64,000 bases of DNA from Paraspadella gotoi (GCA_051294375.1 CM119267.1:23065486-23129485); one strand, 5' to 3'; counted from the stretch's first letter, positions 28,076 through 42,137 are shown. Notes: generated by a model from the sequence alone, not told the origin. Numbers and translations are program-made.

Positions 28076-29469
28076 ACGAAATAAAAAAGCCTTTTTATTT
28101 CCGATGAATGTGTAATGTATATTGTTACAAATATTGTAAGGTTCTTTGTGGTTGTAACGGTTGTGATTTTCTTTTTTCGCGTTTTTTTTTTGTTTTTTTT
28201 TGTTTTTTTGGTAATAGACAGCAATCCCTTCTATGGCAGAAAATTTATTTGCCGGCTATTTTTATTGCATTAATGAAATTTTTATAAAATTGGTCCTACG
28301 TAATTCTTTTTGAAAATTTATCTCTGCTGCACATTCCAATCTCCATTCGAGACGCACTCTTGTAATATTGCCTCCGTCAAATTCTCTTCTTCCCCCTTTT
28401 TAAATATTTTGTTCCGGTACTAGGAGCGGATGAAGTTGAGCCTCTAAATTCTAATTCCGTCTCAATCTGACAAATCTGTCTTCGCCTTAGACTCTCGAGA
28501 AGGCGCGTCGCAGTTGATTTCTGTCTTAATCTGCTTCAATCAAGATATGTTGTTTTTGGTGAGATCGACTCGAGAATCGATCGTCGCCTTTCAGTCTTTT
28601 CTGTCCTTTCGCAAGTCCAAGTCTCAATTCACCTTCATTTTTTTACAATTAGTTTCGATCTTCAAAAAAAATTATAAAACAGAAAAGAAATCTCACTCTT
28701 CGTTTCCGAACTTGATTGACGAGGTGCTCTTCCTCCTCCCACCTAATTTCCCTATCCGCGTCCTCGAATGATTCTTCGGGATTTTGGTCCAATCAGAGTC
28801 GTCGCTCGGTCTTGTCTCGACCAATGAAAGAGAGCCGCGTTTCTCGCGTCGCGAGAGTCCACGTCACTCTGATGATCGGCGACCTTTCATTTTATTAATA
28901 ATATGTTCCAGTATCAGGCCTGGGACTAGACTTACCCACTTACCTAACCTTCGATTTACAGTTTTTACTTGGTTTTAATTCTGAAAAAAATAGCGCACAC
29001 TACACAGTTTTATTTTTACATCATTCGGGGGGAACTGCACTCGAGAAACTATAAATAGTTTTTCAAAAAAAGTTTTTCATAGTGGTCACAGCTTTGTTAT
29101 TAGTATGAGTATTTATTTTACAGTTTTATGCAACCGGTCGCTTACGTTTTTGTCGCTGGTGATCTCAATCGCATACGAAAAAAAGCCTTTTCAATTTCAT
29201 ATGATGTTGAGTAAAATCTGTATGCGGTAACAAAGCCCCTCTTCTCCCATACCGCCATCGTAACATGCTGGACGTTCAATTGAAAACGAAAGAATAAAAC
29301 AATCTTTCGTCGGCCTTTTACAATTACCGCGTACAATTGTTTTTTTTCATGGTTACTAAAAACAAAACCGGATTGTATTACAGATTAAAATTATTGCCGG
29401 GTATTTTTATATATTTCGCCAATTTCAATTAACTTTTTACACTTTCATCTCAACAAAAAAAGAAGGCAG

Positions 29470-31691
29470 ATGTTGCGCCACGCCCTCTCCCTCGTCGCCT
29501 TTTTGGCGCTTGTCGCCGCCGGCAGCGATGTTCTCGAATATTCCGACTCCAACTGGGACTCTGAGAGTGAGTCGGACTAATTAAACTATTTGATTAAAAA
29601 TTTAAAAAACGGTATCCTTATCTACAAGTTTGTTTTAACTTTTTTTTCATGATCGCCAGTCGGGAAACACGATATTATCCTCGTGGAGTTCTACGCTCCT
29701 TGGTGCGGCCATTGCAAGCGACTGGCACCCGAGTACGAGAAGGCGGCGACCACGATGAAGCACGATGACCCAGCCATCCCACTGGCGAAAGTCGATTGTC
29801 CGGGTAAGTTGGAGACTCGCTCACGTGCGAGAACTAGAACGAAGTTCTTACCCGTCCTCTTTCCTTCTTTCCAGCCAACACCGATCTCTGCGGCAAGTTC
29901 GACGTCTCTGGCTACCCCACACTCAAGATCTTTAAAAAGGGCGCCATGGCGATGGACTACAACGGCCCCCGCGACGCTGACGGGATCGTCAAGTACATGA
30001 GGTCGAAGGCGGGTCCATCGTCCCGCCCTCTGGCCGATCTCGCCGCCGCCAAGAAGGTCATCGAGGGTAACGACCTCGTCGTTGTTGGCTTCTTCACCGA
30101 AGGCGAATCCACGCTCAGGAAGGAGTTCCTCTCGGTGAGGCCTTTTCCAAAACTGACAAATTCGGAGATTGTTTACATTTGTTAAGTCTTTTTAAATTTT
30201 TGTTTTTCTATCAGGCCGCCGACGCGTTGAGCGAGGACTTCAAGATGGCGCACTCGGATTCGAAAGAAGTCTTGGATCACTTCGGTCACCGCGACGAGAT
30301 CGTGCTCTTCCGACCCAAACGTTTTCACTCGATGTTCGAGCCCAAGAAGATCAAATTTGAGGGTGAGATTCCGGTTTTGTCGATTTGAAGTTCTTTCCTA
30401 TTTCTCTTTCCCCCCTTATCTTATCCAGGAGCGGAATCCGCCTACAAGATCAAGACCTTCGTCAAAGATAGCGCCAACGGCCTCTGCGGCGAGCGTACCC
30501 AATCCAACGCCGACCAGTTCTCCAGTCCCCTCGTCGTCGCCTACTACGATGTCGATTACGTCAAGAACACCAAGGGCACCAACTACTGGCGCAACCGCGT
30601 TATGAAGGTCGCCAAGAAGCTCGTCGAAGAGGGCCTTAAGCTCAACTTCGCCGTCAGCAACAAAGGCACCTTCCAACACGAGATCGAGGAGTACGGTCTA
30701 GCCGACAGAACCGGCGACAAGCCGCTCGTTGCCGCTAAGTGAGTCGAGGAGATTTGATGGTAAATAAGATCGTCGAACTACAAGGAGAGTTTATGTCCAA
30801 CAGATTAAGCCGAAAACAAAAAATAAAAACAAACGGTTGTGACTTTCGCTGACTTTTAGTCATGCACTCATGATTTGGGTTTATTTTCCTTCCTATGTTC
30901 CTCAGAAACGACAAGGGTGAAAAGTTCGTGATGTCGGCCGAGTTCGACCTCGCTGCCTTCGAAGCTTTTCTCCGCGACATGTTGGCCGGAAACCTCGAGC
31001 CTTATCTCAAGTCGGAACCTCTGCCCGCCGACGGCAACGCGGGTAAGTTTGATCAAGGTTTTCTCGTAACGACTTTCTAAATATTTTTAAACCCACTTTT
31101 TTTTTACCGTCTTTTCCCCAGGTCCTCTCAAAGTGGCTGTGGCCAAGAACTTCGAAGGGCTCGTCAACGACCCCGACCGCGACGTTCTCATCGAATTCTA
31201 CGCCCCTTGGTGCGGACACTGCAAGTCCCTCGCGCCCAAGTACGAGGAGCTGGCGGAGAAGCTCAAGGACGAACCCGGCGTCGCCATCGCCAAGATGGAC
31301 GCCACCGCCAACGACGTCCCCTCGGTTATTTTCTATTTCATCCCTTTTTGTTTTCCTCCCTATTTAATTTCTTATATTCTCTTTGCAAAGTAAATACAAT
31401 TATATTTTCTTTTATATTCTTCTCCAGCCGTACTCTGTTCAAGGCTTCCCTACCCTTTACTTCGCCAAAAAGGGCAGCAAAGGATCTCCGAAGAAGTACG
31501 AGGGAGGCAGAGAGGTAAGTTTTCGAGAATGGTGGGTGTGGAAAACCAACGTTTCATCTCTCTCACTCGTCTCTCTCTCCCCCCTTAACTCTCTCCAGGT
31601 TGACGACTTCGTCAAGTTCATCGCCAAGGAGGCGACGGACGAACTCCGCGGCTTCGACCGCTCGGGCTCTCCCAAGAAGTCCGAGTTGTAG
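29470..31691 (+). CDS. PDIA3: Protein disulfide-isomerase A3 (ERp57)
   Basis: Signal peptide, two [11 protein letters not shown] thioredoxin sites, [29 protein letters not shown] (PDIA3 signature), PYLKSEP, C-terminal KSEL. Confidence 0.96.
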
Positions 31692-32675
31692 CCAGTGAAT
31701 TGTCTTCTCGCGGTCGACGGTCACGCGTCCCCACCTTCGCGTCGCTCGCGCCTTCGACTAAGAAAAATCAACTCATTCATCGATCAATTTCTTGGAATTT
31801 TTGCTTCTTCAATCTCCCCCACGCGTGGCCCCGCCCATCCCGGATGTCGACTTTTGAAATCAAAAGTATTCGCTAACTCGTGGAAAGCTTAGGTCATCCC
31901 GCTCATCAAGTTTCGTTGTAGTTGTCAATTATTATTTTAAAATTACGTCTATTATAATTTAGCGAAGCTTTTTAATGGTTGGAGGGGGATGGAATCAGTG
32001 TTTACTATTTAAATTCGGTCTCATATTTCATTCGATAGAAACGTTGCACTTTTTTTAAATATCTTTATTCGTGTAGCCCCGTTCATTTTTTCAACATTCC
32101 TTTTTTTTCCCCTGTCATTGTGATAACCCGTACCTAGGCAAAATTTTAATTCGAGAAAGAACATTTTAATTTTTAATTTTTTTTCTCCAATATCCCACCC
32201 GATGGTTTCTCAACGAAATTGTTTTCTCATACCTTAATCATTGTTTTAAAAACAAATAAAATTTTACGTTTCAACGCTGGCTATTTCTCTTAGAAGTTAG
32301 AGCCTAGTTTGCACCTGCCTCGAGTATGCGCGCAGTAGTAGACTGTCAAACGGGAGTACATCATCCGTTCGTATCTCTCTGAGTGTCGCTGTGAGTTATG
32401 TAGTACTAATATTTTTTATAAGGAGTGCCATCCGATCGCTCTGACGAACAGAAAAACCAAATGGAATTAGCTCAACGCGCAACTAGGTGCTAGGCTGATC
32501 AGTTGTCAGAAAATTTAATTTTTTTCGAAATTTCGTTGATCAGATGAAACTAAGTTCATTGAAGCAAACGGTGGGGGAGACCCCCCTCGTCGCCAGAATC
32601 ATGACTTTTTAAAACTGGAAAGCGAACTCGTAAGGGGAAAAGTTGATACACGATCCGTCGACTCTTTGAACGATC

Positions 32676-35600
32676 ATGGGGAACGCGGGTTCAGGTCGAG
32701 GCAGCGCCAATCACAAACACGACGCCGACTGTCGCCATTTGGATCGATCCCCGCTGGCATTTAACTCCGTGCACGGAGAGAATATTAGGTGAGTGCGTCG
32801 GGGTAACTGAAAACTTTCTCGTGGCGTGTGCGAATTGGGCGCTCGATAAGGCGATGTAGTTGTCAAACGCTGACCAGAGATTCTTTTCTGCTACAGGATA
32901 TCAGAGGATGGACGTTCCGCCACGAGGGTGGAGTCGTTCTGTAAAGGACTCGCCTTCTCTCACCGACCAGGCGAGTCGCATTTTTTTTAAAAGAACTTAG
33001 TTTTTGTCTCTTCGATTCTGCGAAGTTCTCGTCTGCGTTCGCAAATCATTTCGTACAATGGCGTCAATCACGTCAATTCAGAATTAAAAACCGTTAACCA
33101 CCTGCGATCTTGACATTCGAGGCCAGTTTTATTTTCGGTTCAGCAACTAAGTATTATTAAAACTTCCATTTATCCACCACTAATCTCTTCCAATGTCCTT
33201 AACTCTTGCAGTGGCGCCTCTGGAAAAGGTTTACCTCCAGTTCTCCGAGGTTTCCACGTCATGGAGCGGGGTTCTGCGGTTTGGCTTCACCGGCATCGAT
33301 CCCGCCTTTCTCAATCCAGGTCGGAATACGGCCCAGTGGAATAAGTTACAATCCATCAGCCGTACCGTAGACGTTTGTAACGCGATCACTTAACTCAGAA
33401 ATAAGGAGTTCCTCCAGCGGACTTTCTCCCTTCCATGTTTCCAAATTTTCGTTGAAGTAAACGTTTTCGATCTATACCTTTTCTGCAGCCTCCCTTCCCC
33501 GCTACGCCTGCCCTGATCTGACGAACAAGCCCCTCAACTGGGCCAAGGCCCTGGCCGAGCAGTACGCCGAATACATGTACTCACTCTACTTTTACTACAC
33601 GAAAAGCGGCGACGTTTATTACGGTGTCAATAACGAGGACAAGGGTCTCTTCTTTTCGGGTAAGGCAAAGAAAGAAAAAGAAAAAAAAAAAAAGAAATCG
33701 AGTATCTATCAATTCTCCCCGACGCTCAACCCCATCCAACGAATTCTGACAGGAGTGAACACGAACTGCTCCCTCTGGGTCATGCTCGACATCTATGGCA
33801 ACACGAAGACGGTGGAATTCACGGATCCGCCTAGACCCGAGACTGGGACCTTCCTTCTCAACAATCAAATTACTCTCAACAACGGGCAGAGCCAGTTCGC
33901 CGTCGACGGATCTAGTCATTTCACCGCGCACCGTCACAACAATTCCAACGTGTACAACAACCGGGATATCTATTCCAACCTATCTCAACAGGCAGGACTG
34001 GGATTGAAAGAGAATGCGTTGTTAATACGTTGTTTATGCCTTGGTTGCGAAGGGAAATGACCTTAACCTTTGGGTCAAAGCTAATAGCTAATCAAAACGG
34101 AATGGGTCATCAACCATGTTGTTATATTTAAACCAATCGCATCATAAATTCAGTCGCTGATAACTACTGTCTTAGGTCCATCTTCCACCCGGCGGAAACA
34201 ACCGTCTTTCGGCGCCGATTCTCAACGGATGGTGCGATCATTTTCAAGCGGTGCGGGACGGTGGCATGGGCGGCGCCATGCCGCGCAGCAGCAGCCTCGA
34301 CGTCCCGCCCAATCAGGTCGATAGAGGGCGATATTGTATTTTCTTTTACCCGGCTTTTAACTTTGACGTCTTTTGATCCCCTTCCTCTTCAGACGGATCC
34401 CATCCCGCTCCATCATCCGCCCCACCAACTGTCTCCGCTCCACTTCCACGACACCCACGGCGAAAACGTCCGGTTGAGCAATGACGGCGACGTTGCCTTC
34501 CGAATCGAAGAGGAATACTGCAACGCCTACGTTTTTACCAATCGACCGCTGCGACCAGGTGACCGTCATTTCTCCTTCGGCTCTTTTCTTTACGGAAAGT
34601 CTCGAATCTTTTCCCTTTCTACTTTTTTGTATCTCCTCTCTTTCTCTCCTAGGCGAAGCCGTGGTAATTCAGATACAAAAGGTGGAACTCATGTATCTCG
34701 GGACGTTAGCGTTCGGCCTCACCTCCTGCGATCCCGGACAAATCGGCGCGGCGGAGTTGCCCGACGATTCCGACGATCTTCTCGGTCAGGAGGGGGGGGG
34801 AACGTCAAATGAAGCAGATGGGTTTTTGTACTGATTTGCGAGTTAATGGTTGGGTGTGGCTAAGGTTATATAATATATATTATTATTATTATTACTTTAT
34901 CATATTGTTCCAACTAAATTTCTAAATTTACTTACCGTTTATTACAATAAATTACATAATTTATCTTTATTAATCATTATTTATCACTCCCAAATCCTCC
35001 ATCTCAGACCGCAAGGAATACTGGGTCGTCAACAAAGACGTGGGGGGTGTGCCTGGCGTCGGCGACGAGCTCAGTTTCTTGCTCACGCGCGATGGCGAAG
35101 TCGTTTACAGCAAAAACTGCCGCCAACTCGCCGTCCTCATGCACGTCGACGTCTCCATGCCGCTCTGGGTCTTTTTTGACGTTTACGGCAAGTTGGCAGA
35201 GTGTGGGGGTGGGGTGGTTTGTAGTCGGGGTTGATTGAACGAACGACGATAATTCGATGGTTAATTTGAATAAGATCGCATATTCCAAATGACCCAAAAA
35301 CCTCTCGTCCTCTCGTCATTCAGGCAACACCTCCAAGATCAAAATCCTCGGCGCCATGTCGAGCGCCGACGCGACGGCGCTGGGGCGATCCTCGTCGTTG
35401 CGACCGACTTCGCTTCCGGCGCCACTTCCGGTTTCTTCCATCCAGTTCGAGGAAACGAACAACACTGCCACCAGCGGTTACGCGGGTGAGGGTCTCTCGA
35501 GCGCAGAATCATTCTTGTCGCGTAATCAATCATTTATCAATCTTATCTATCATTCCCTTACGCAGTCGGAGCCTCCTCCCCTCAACTCGTCGTGTCCTTA

Positions 35601-36038
35601 CCTCCCCTCTCCTCCGCCTCAACCTTCGAAGGCGACGGTGCCGTCCCGAGCGACCCGTCGAGCTCCTTGTCGGCGCCTCTCACCGAGGACGAGCTGCAGC
35701 ACGAGCGGAACGCCTTCGCCGAAAACGTCAGCTTGGGAAACTACGCGTCGGTGGGTGGACGTTCAAGGCCGCCCGGATCTTCCGCCGGCGGTACGCCCCG
35801 TTCTGTCGCGGATGCTTCCGCCGTCGCGGCCGACGCCGCCAACGATAGCGGTGGCAGCGGGGACCTCAGCGCCGAATGCACGGTCTGTTATGAGCGCGCC
35901 GTCGACAGCGTCCTCTACACCTGCGGACACTGCTGCATGTGCTACGACTGCGCTTGGGAATGCAAGCAGACCCGCGGAGGTCTCTGCCCAATTTGCCGCG
36001 CGCCCATCAGAGACGTTATAAGGATTTATAGATCATGA
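32676..36038 (+). CDS. neur: Neuralized E3 ubiquitin ligase (two NHR domains plus RING)
   Basis: MGNAGS myristoylation-like start; NHR motifs HGENIRIS, SWSGVLRFGFT, RYACPDLTNKP, LWVMLDIYGNT; second NHR HGENVRLS..LWVFFDVYGNT; RING ECTVCYERAVDSVLYTCGHCCMCYDCA..CPICRAPIRDVIRIYRS. Confidence 0.96.
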
Positions 36039-36971
36039 ACTTCCCTATTTTTCCCCTCTACCTTTTCTTTCACTTTCCCGTCGGGTGGGGGAGTTATTTT
36101 TCTCGTTTTAGTTTTTAAAGACATCTTAAGAATTTTTTTTTATTGCAAGATAACTTCACTTAAATTCTTTGTCTTAAGCTTTGCAGGTAATCGCGTCTTT
36201 ATTGTTGTTATAAATGCTTAATGTTTTATGTAACACGTAGTAGGATTAGATGTCTAGTAGGATTTTAAACCAACCCCTTACCGATTGAGTTGGGCGATTG
36301 TTAAGTAACATCATAACTTCCATTCTTCCCCCTCCACCAAAAAAAATAAAATAAAATAAATACTAAATGGCCTGCCTTTATAAATATTCTATTTTAATTT
36401 CAACTATTTTTAAATGTTCTGTTTCTCCTCTTTCCCACTATACCTGTGATATAGCCAACTACAGTAGTATATCTTGCCTTTTCCTTTGTCATAGAAAGTG
36501 CCTTTTTCAAAATCCTAAGAAAAAACCCTAGTTATTTTAAGGACGAGGATTAAGTATACATCTATGGGAATATTACTTGTGTGAAGTCGTTATAGCATAC
36601 GTAACAGCTGGCCCGATTACTAGTACTACTACTTCATCGCAGTTTATGCTTTGATTTGTCTAAGTTTGAGTCAAAATAAATCGTATCGTGTTGGCTATTA
36701 ATACTATTCCATATAGTTTAAAATATAAAGCTCTTGTTTCAAAGGAGAAATAAAATTTGGAAAAGTATTTTGACGATAGTTACATGTCGGAATATAAGTT
36801 CTACTTGGAAGATCGGTCACTTGTGGCCTTGGCACTTATTTCTACACTTTATTTTTATTTGTGAATATGATTTCGACCAATTCAATTGGAATTTGGAATT
36901 TTTTCTTTTAAAATGTTTTATAAAAAAAATGAAATGTTTTTATTTTGTCAAAAGCCAGGGTAGACTGAAAA

Positions 36972-39263
36972 ATGATGTCCAGAGCGCAGCCCTCACTTCA
37001 AGTTTCAGAGGTGATTAAAAGATAAACCATGAGAGCTTATTTAATATTTATTTTGGTGACACTCATTTTTATCTCATTTGCGCGCAGCCCCATAGAGAAG
37101 TCCGCTTTCGATATATCAGCGAAAAGGAAAAAGATTGGATTTATCACGATTCTCAAAAAACGGTAGGCTGTTAAATATTATGGTGTCGTCTTCGTTATGA
37201 AAATACTTTATTTAAAAGCTCTGTTCGAAGGCATGTCACTTGACAGATGCAGTATGTTGAAATGTTACTGTATATCAATAAAGTAACCAATCGCTATTTT
37301 ATTAGGGATTCGTTATCCACCAATTTTCTTTGACAGACGTTGCCCGAGGTGAGCGTGACGACCAGAGGGACCCGAGTTTGTCTCCTAGTCGGTCTTTTCA
37401 TGGTAGATCACCCGAGTATACCTCACGTCAATAAGCTCACGTGCGAGACTCCACAGGTTTGTGAATCATATGGAATTTTTGGAAAAGAGAGAAGATTTTG
37501 AATCTTGTAAATCACCTTAGGGAGACTTGGAGAATGGCGTTTTTTCCTGCATTTTAAAAGAGGATAAGACAATCAGTTTAAAGCTCGGGGTGAAGGTATG
37601 CCGTCTTTTTTTCGATTTTTTAAAAGCAAGCCACATGCCAATCTTCTTTATAAACCTTTTACCAGATTTTTGCCGCGTTAAAAAAAAAAGAAGATAAAGT
37701 ACTTGAGAAAAAAGAATTTCAGGAAAGATGCGATTCGTTTAAAATATCAAAAGACGCTCGAGGCGCCTACGAAAACGTAGATCGACACCAAGTCTGTCTT
37801 CGTATCCTTCTACTCGACGAACATCGTGACGAACTCTTTTGCGAAAAAAGTTTCACCATTGTCAATTCTAACGGGCCAAGTATGTATGTATGTACTATTA
37901 TGTACTATATTATGTTCTTTATTTATTCTTTTTTGTGGGAAGTCGACGGATCATATTGAAATTCGTTCCTCCGAAAAAGATGCCTTTGACTTTGTTTTAT
38001 TTGAAGGAATGGATGATGATGTGAGAGAAATTTTTGGTCATAATTCACTCCGGCTCGATCTTCTTTCCCTGGTAGCGTTGTGTGACTACGCAATCGCTCA
38101 TCGGTCTCCATCCTCTTGCCCGGCGGACGGAGGGAACGAGAAACTCATCTTGGTCTGCCCCAAACTAAAGAAAGGAGACTGGAAGGTCTGTTTCAGAGAG
38201 TACGACGCCGAGGGAAATGTCAAGTTCAAAAAGACAATCCATCACAACTCAGGTTTGTGCAATTAATGATTTGAATATAAAATGCCATGGACTCTGACCA
38301 TATTCCTCCAAAATCTGTTTTCTCGGAAAAGACGAATGCAAACTTTTTGGGACGACGACGATCGTTTTGCTGAAAATCCCTTCCTACATCGCTGAGCGCA
38401 AAAAAACCGACATTCACCAACCGCGTGAAGTCTTTCTCTCTGTAGAGGACAAGAAGAGCGAACCCGACTACAAAGCGCTGAAACAAGCGCGGGAGCAGGT
38501 GTCATTGACTTTTCGTTTCGATGGCGATAATCGTTGTTTTCGATTTTCATAACAACCCGTCTTTAATTCCATCCTCGTTTTTCAGGGTAAGGACAACTTT
38601 CTCAAATACTTTCCGTTAGCAACAACTGGAGCGTCGTTAGCGTCGTCCTCTACAGGAAGTTGCCGGTCATCCGTGTCGACTCGAGCGTCCGCGATGCCTA
38701 AAGAGCCTGCAGTGCCCACTGCTTCCGTCGCTTCAGCTCTCGTTTCGACTCGTCCCCGTAGTACGACATCGTCGCTCGGTTCCGGAAACCCCGCCCCGCG
38801 CAAAATGCACAAGTCTTCGCCCCTCGAAGCTCAAGATAAAGGAGAGGGTGGGGTTGCGGATGGATGGACGTTTCAAAATGGAGCTTTTCCAAATCCCGGT
38901 TCGATTCGAGAAACCATTTTCACTCCAGTCCATCTGCCCGTAATTTCCGGAGAAGCTGTAAATGGTTTTTTCGAGAACTCGATCGTTCCTACCGATCCGC
39001 CGGCTACTTCAGGGTCAACGACGGCGCTTGCGCCGAGTCAGTTCACCTCGAGCCCTCCGATATCCTCCGAGGGGCCCATGTCCGTCGAATCGGTCGAGTC
39101 CTCCTTGAAGAGTCTAAGTCTGGGTCTTGACGAAGAAGCCAAGAAAGCTTTGGAAAGTCTCTCTCCTGAGGAATTGGGGAAGACTCGTGAAGCGTGGGCG
39201 GAAGGGGCGAAAGACGAGCTTTTGGAAACTTGCCTGCACAATGTCTCGAAGGACATGCTCTGA
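36972..39263 (+). CDS. Divergent Rel-homology domain plus IPT protein (copy A), no ankyrin repeats
   Basis: Spliced exons: SLQVSE-PHREVRFRYISE..WIYHD, LPEVSV, HPSIPHVNKL, LKLGVK, VCLRIL; IPT: SPSSCPADGGNEKLILVCPKLKKGDWKVCFREYD, TIVLLKIPSY, IHQPREVFLSV, LKYFP; Ser/Pro-rich acidic tail. Confidence 0.78.
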
Positions 39264-39662
39264 GCTGAAATGATCAAAAGTATCAAGTATGGAGTAAAGA
39301 AAAGGAAAACGCGGCTTGCCTTATCGTCTTGCTCAAAACGTCTTATTTCGGTGATATTTTCTTATTTGAACTTCTGTGATCTTTTATTTTCTTCCAGTTT
39401 TATTTATTGAAGCATTTTGTACCTTGGATGTTTTTAATCATTTTATTCTTTGTGTTGCCTGACACGATGTTATACTGTATTGTAACAAATACAGTACATT
39501 TACTGTACAATGTACATGTATTTTAACTTTTTAGATGTACTTTGAGTACATGAATTTATTATTAGTCCGACTCATATTCAATTCATTTCGCAACAACGAA
39601 TGCGCATTTAAACAACAAACGAATCCTCGTTGGATTTTCTTAGTTAAGATTGCGCAAATAGA

Positions 39663-41836
39663 ATGGCCTTGACGATTTCCAATCCCGTGAGTTTGACTGA
39701 TCGGATGTATTACTTATTTTCGCAGTCGCGGTTGATTAATCGCGTTTTTTTCTTAGCCTTGCGGTCAAGCGAGATTTCGTTATTTGACCGAAGACCCTAA
39801 TTGGATCTACCATGACAAGGTACATGATATGACATGATACTTTGAAATTTTCAGAATGGTTTTTAACGTGTCATCTCGTCTCGATCCCAAAGGGCAAAGT
39901 ACCGAAAGTGAGCATAACCTCGGGCGGTCAACTCGTCCGCCTCGAAGTAGCACTTTTTTCCGTGGAACATCCAACCGTTCCTCACGTGCACAGACTCACG
40001 AGCCAACCATCCGAGGTATTAACAAGATTATATTTTTAAGAATGAAAGATACGACTGTGTAGATTGTAATTGTTTATAAAAGTCTAAAATAACGATTATT
40101 GTTAGTTTTGGTGGTTAATCGTATTCCCGTGTTCGAGACTTTCACCAGCGATTTTACCGATTCAGGCGGCGAGAATCGAAAACGGTGTCTATTCCTTCAA
40201 AACGAAAGGTGACATTTCTTTAGAATTGAAACTTGGCGTTCAGGTAAAATTCTTAATGTTTTTTTTTCTACAAAATATCGCTAAAACAATGTTTATTACG
40301 CCCCCGTAAGATGTACCCAACGCAAAAAGACCAAAATGGGTATCAAGCGGAAAATGTGGAAAAAGAACAAAAGGACTACATGGCTCGTTGCTACAAGTTT
40401 TCAGTCGTCCGTAAATTGGCGCTGGAATCCTTCGATAGGATCGTCAAAAGTCGCCGCAAAGTGTCTCTTCGATTCCAGTTGCTGAATGAACTTACGAATG
40501 ACGTCATCGCCGAGCGAAGTTTCGAAGTCAACAATTCGAACGCCACCGGTATGACTGAAATTATGAAATTATCCATATGACTGTCGCAGTGTTGGTAGAG
40601 AATGATTGTAGATGGATATATATCAACTGCTAGGAAATATGCAATCTCTCCCTCACCTCTTTCTTTCTTCCTTTTTGCAGCGGATTTCGATTACAATATC
40701 GCTCATCACCTCCCTCTTTCCTGTTCCGCCATCGGAGGAGATAAAATGATCATCGTCTGCGGGAAACTCCATAAGGGGAAATTCAAAGTCGTCTTTCGAG
40801 CCTTCGACGACACCAACCGCGTCAAGTGGAAGAAAGATTTTTCTCCAGGTTTCGCACAAAACTAACAAAAAGTATGAAATAGTAAAATCTAAATGAAAAA
40901 TATGAACGATGCAGACGAGGTGCAATATTTCGAAAAGACGACGATTGTTCTTCAAATTCCGCCATATAAGAGGCCGGATATATCATCCCCGAGACAAGTT
41001 TACATTTCTGTCGAGGGAAACGAAAAAAAGCTTGAAGTTGAAGACTTAAATCGGCGAGAGGAGGAAGCGTTGAAAAAGGCGAGTAAGAAATTCTTAGATA
41101 CTGCCTCGTTTAACAAGTGCAAGTATTTATTTATTTAATTATCAATTTATATATCAATTTTCAGGGCAAAATTTTGACTTACTTACCCTGCTCGGCGCCT
41201 ACGGTCGGGACCCTTGCCGCGACTAACGTCTGCAGATCCAAAATCGCCCCGCAACCTTCCTTTCCTCAGCAGCATCCCACTTCTCAGCAACACCAAAATC
41301 TGCGCAAACCAGTTCAAGTTTCTCAAGATAGAGATGGAATGGACGACTCGGAGAGTTTGGTGACGACCAGATCTCGAAGCCCAGTGCGACCCGATCGCGA
41401 CAAATCGGAATATTTGAACGATAGTGCTCAGAACGTGTTCATGGGATCACCCGGTCTCGTCTTCGCTCGAGCCCACAATTCCTCTCAAATTCTCGCTCCT
41501 TTTTTAGTAGGAGAGATTTCCGCGGGGGGAGATGGAGCTTCCTTACCTCCCCCCTCTGACTATTCCCAATTTACTGAAGACACTATATTCGAGGTCGTTA
41601 ATATTGAAGATGTTTATAAAGACGGAGACAAAGATTCTCAAAAGGGCACGTCCGGTGGGTCGTTGCCCAGAGACGAGCGAGAGACCGACCGGGAAAGGAC
41701 CAGTGACGCGGGATCGAACGACGAGGCGTTGTCTTCGGCGTTTGACAATTTGAGCCTCGAATCAAGACGCGCCTTGAACCAAATCGATCCTGGGTCGTTT
41801 CCGTTGGGCCGGGGCTCTTCCGAAGGTCCCGAGTAG
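39663..41836 (+). CDS. Divergent Rel-homology domain plus IPT protein (copy B), no ankyrin repeats
   Basis: MALTISNP-PCGQARFRYLTED..WIYHD, VPKVSI, HPTVPHVHRL, LKLGVQ, VSLRFQ; IPT: SCSAIGGDKMIIVCGKLHKGKFKVVF, TIVLQIPPYKRPDISSPRQVYISV, LTYLP; same exon layout as copy A. Confidence 0.8.
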
Positions 41837-42137
41837 AACTTTTTGCAGTTTTGCAGATGGCGTTTCTAACTAGTCTTTCAGTCTTCTTCGTACTTTTCTT
41901 GTATTTTTAAAACTTTTTACCGTTAATTTGCATAAAGTTAAACAGAATTGTAATTTTTGTTTCAATTTTTTTATTATTGATCCTGCAAATTTGTTATTTT
42001 GTTGCTCATAAGATTATGATAGTGTCGGTTGTTTTTCTAATTTTTTTTTAAGACAAAGCCACTAAGCTTTTTTTTTCAGTCCTTACTTAAAAATTCCGTT
42101 AGTGGCTCCATCATGCCCATCTCCGCTCGACGCCACC

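Noticed and set aside
27423-28224. Long antisense and alternate-frame ORFs over GOLM-like, SET and ANKRD27 exons
   Set aside because: GC-rich exon shadows with low-complexity Arg/Ser translations.
28330-29340. Possible minus-strand gene between GOLM-like and PDIA3 (GTAAG donors at about 28935-28947 and 29144)
   Set aside because: No sustained ORF or recognisable motif; could be non-coding or decayed.
29612-29620. GTATCCTT U12-type donor-like sites (also about 37802 and 61390)
   Set aside because: They lie inside introns or exons of consistent U2-type models, not at exon ends.
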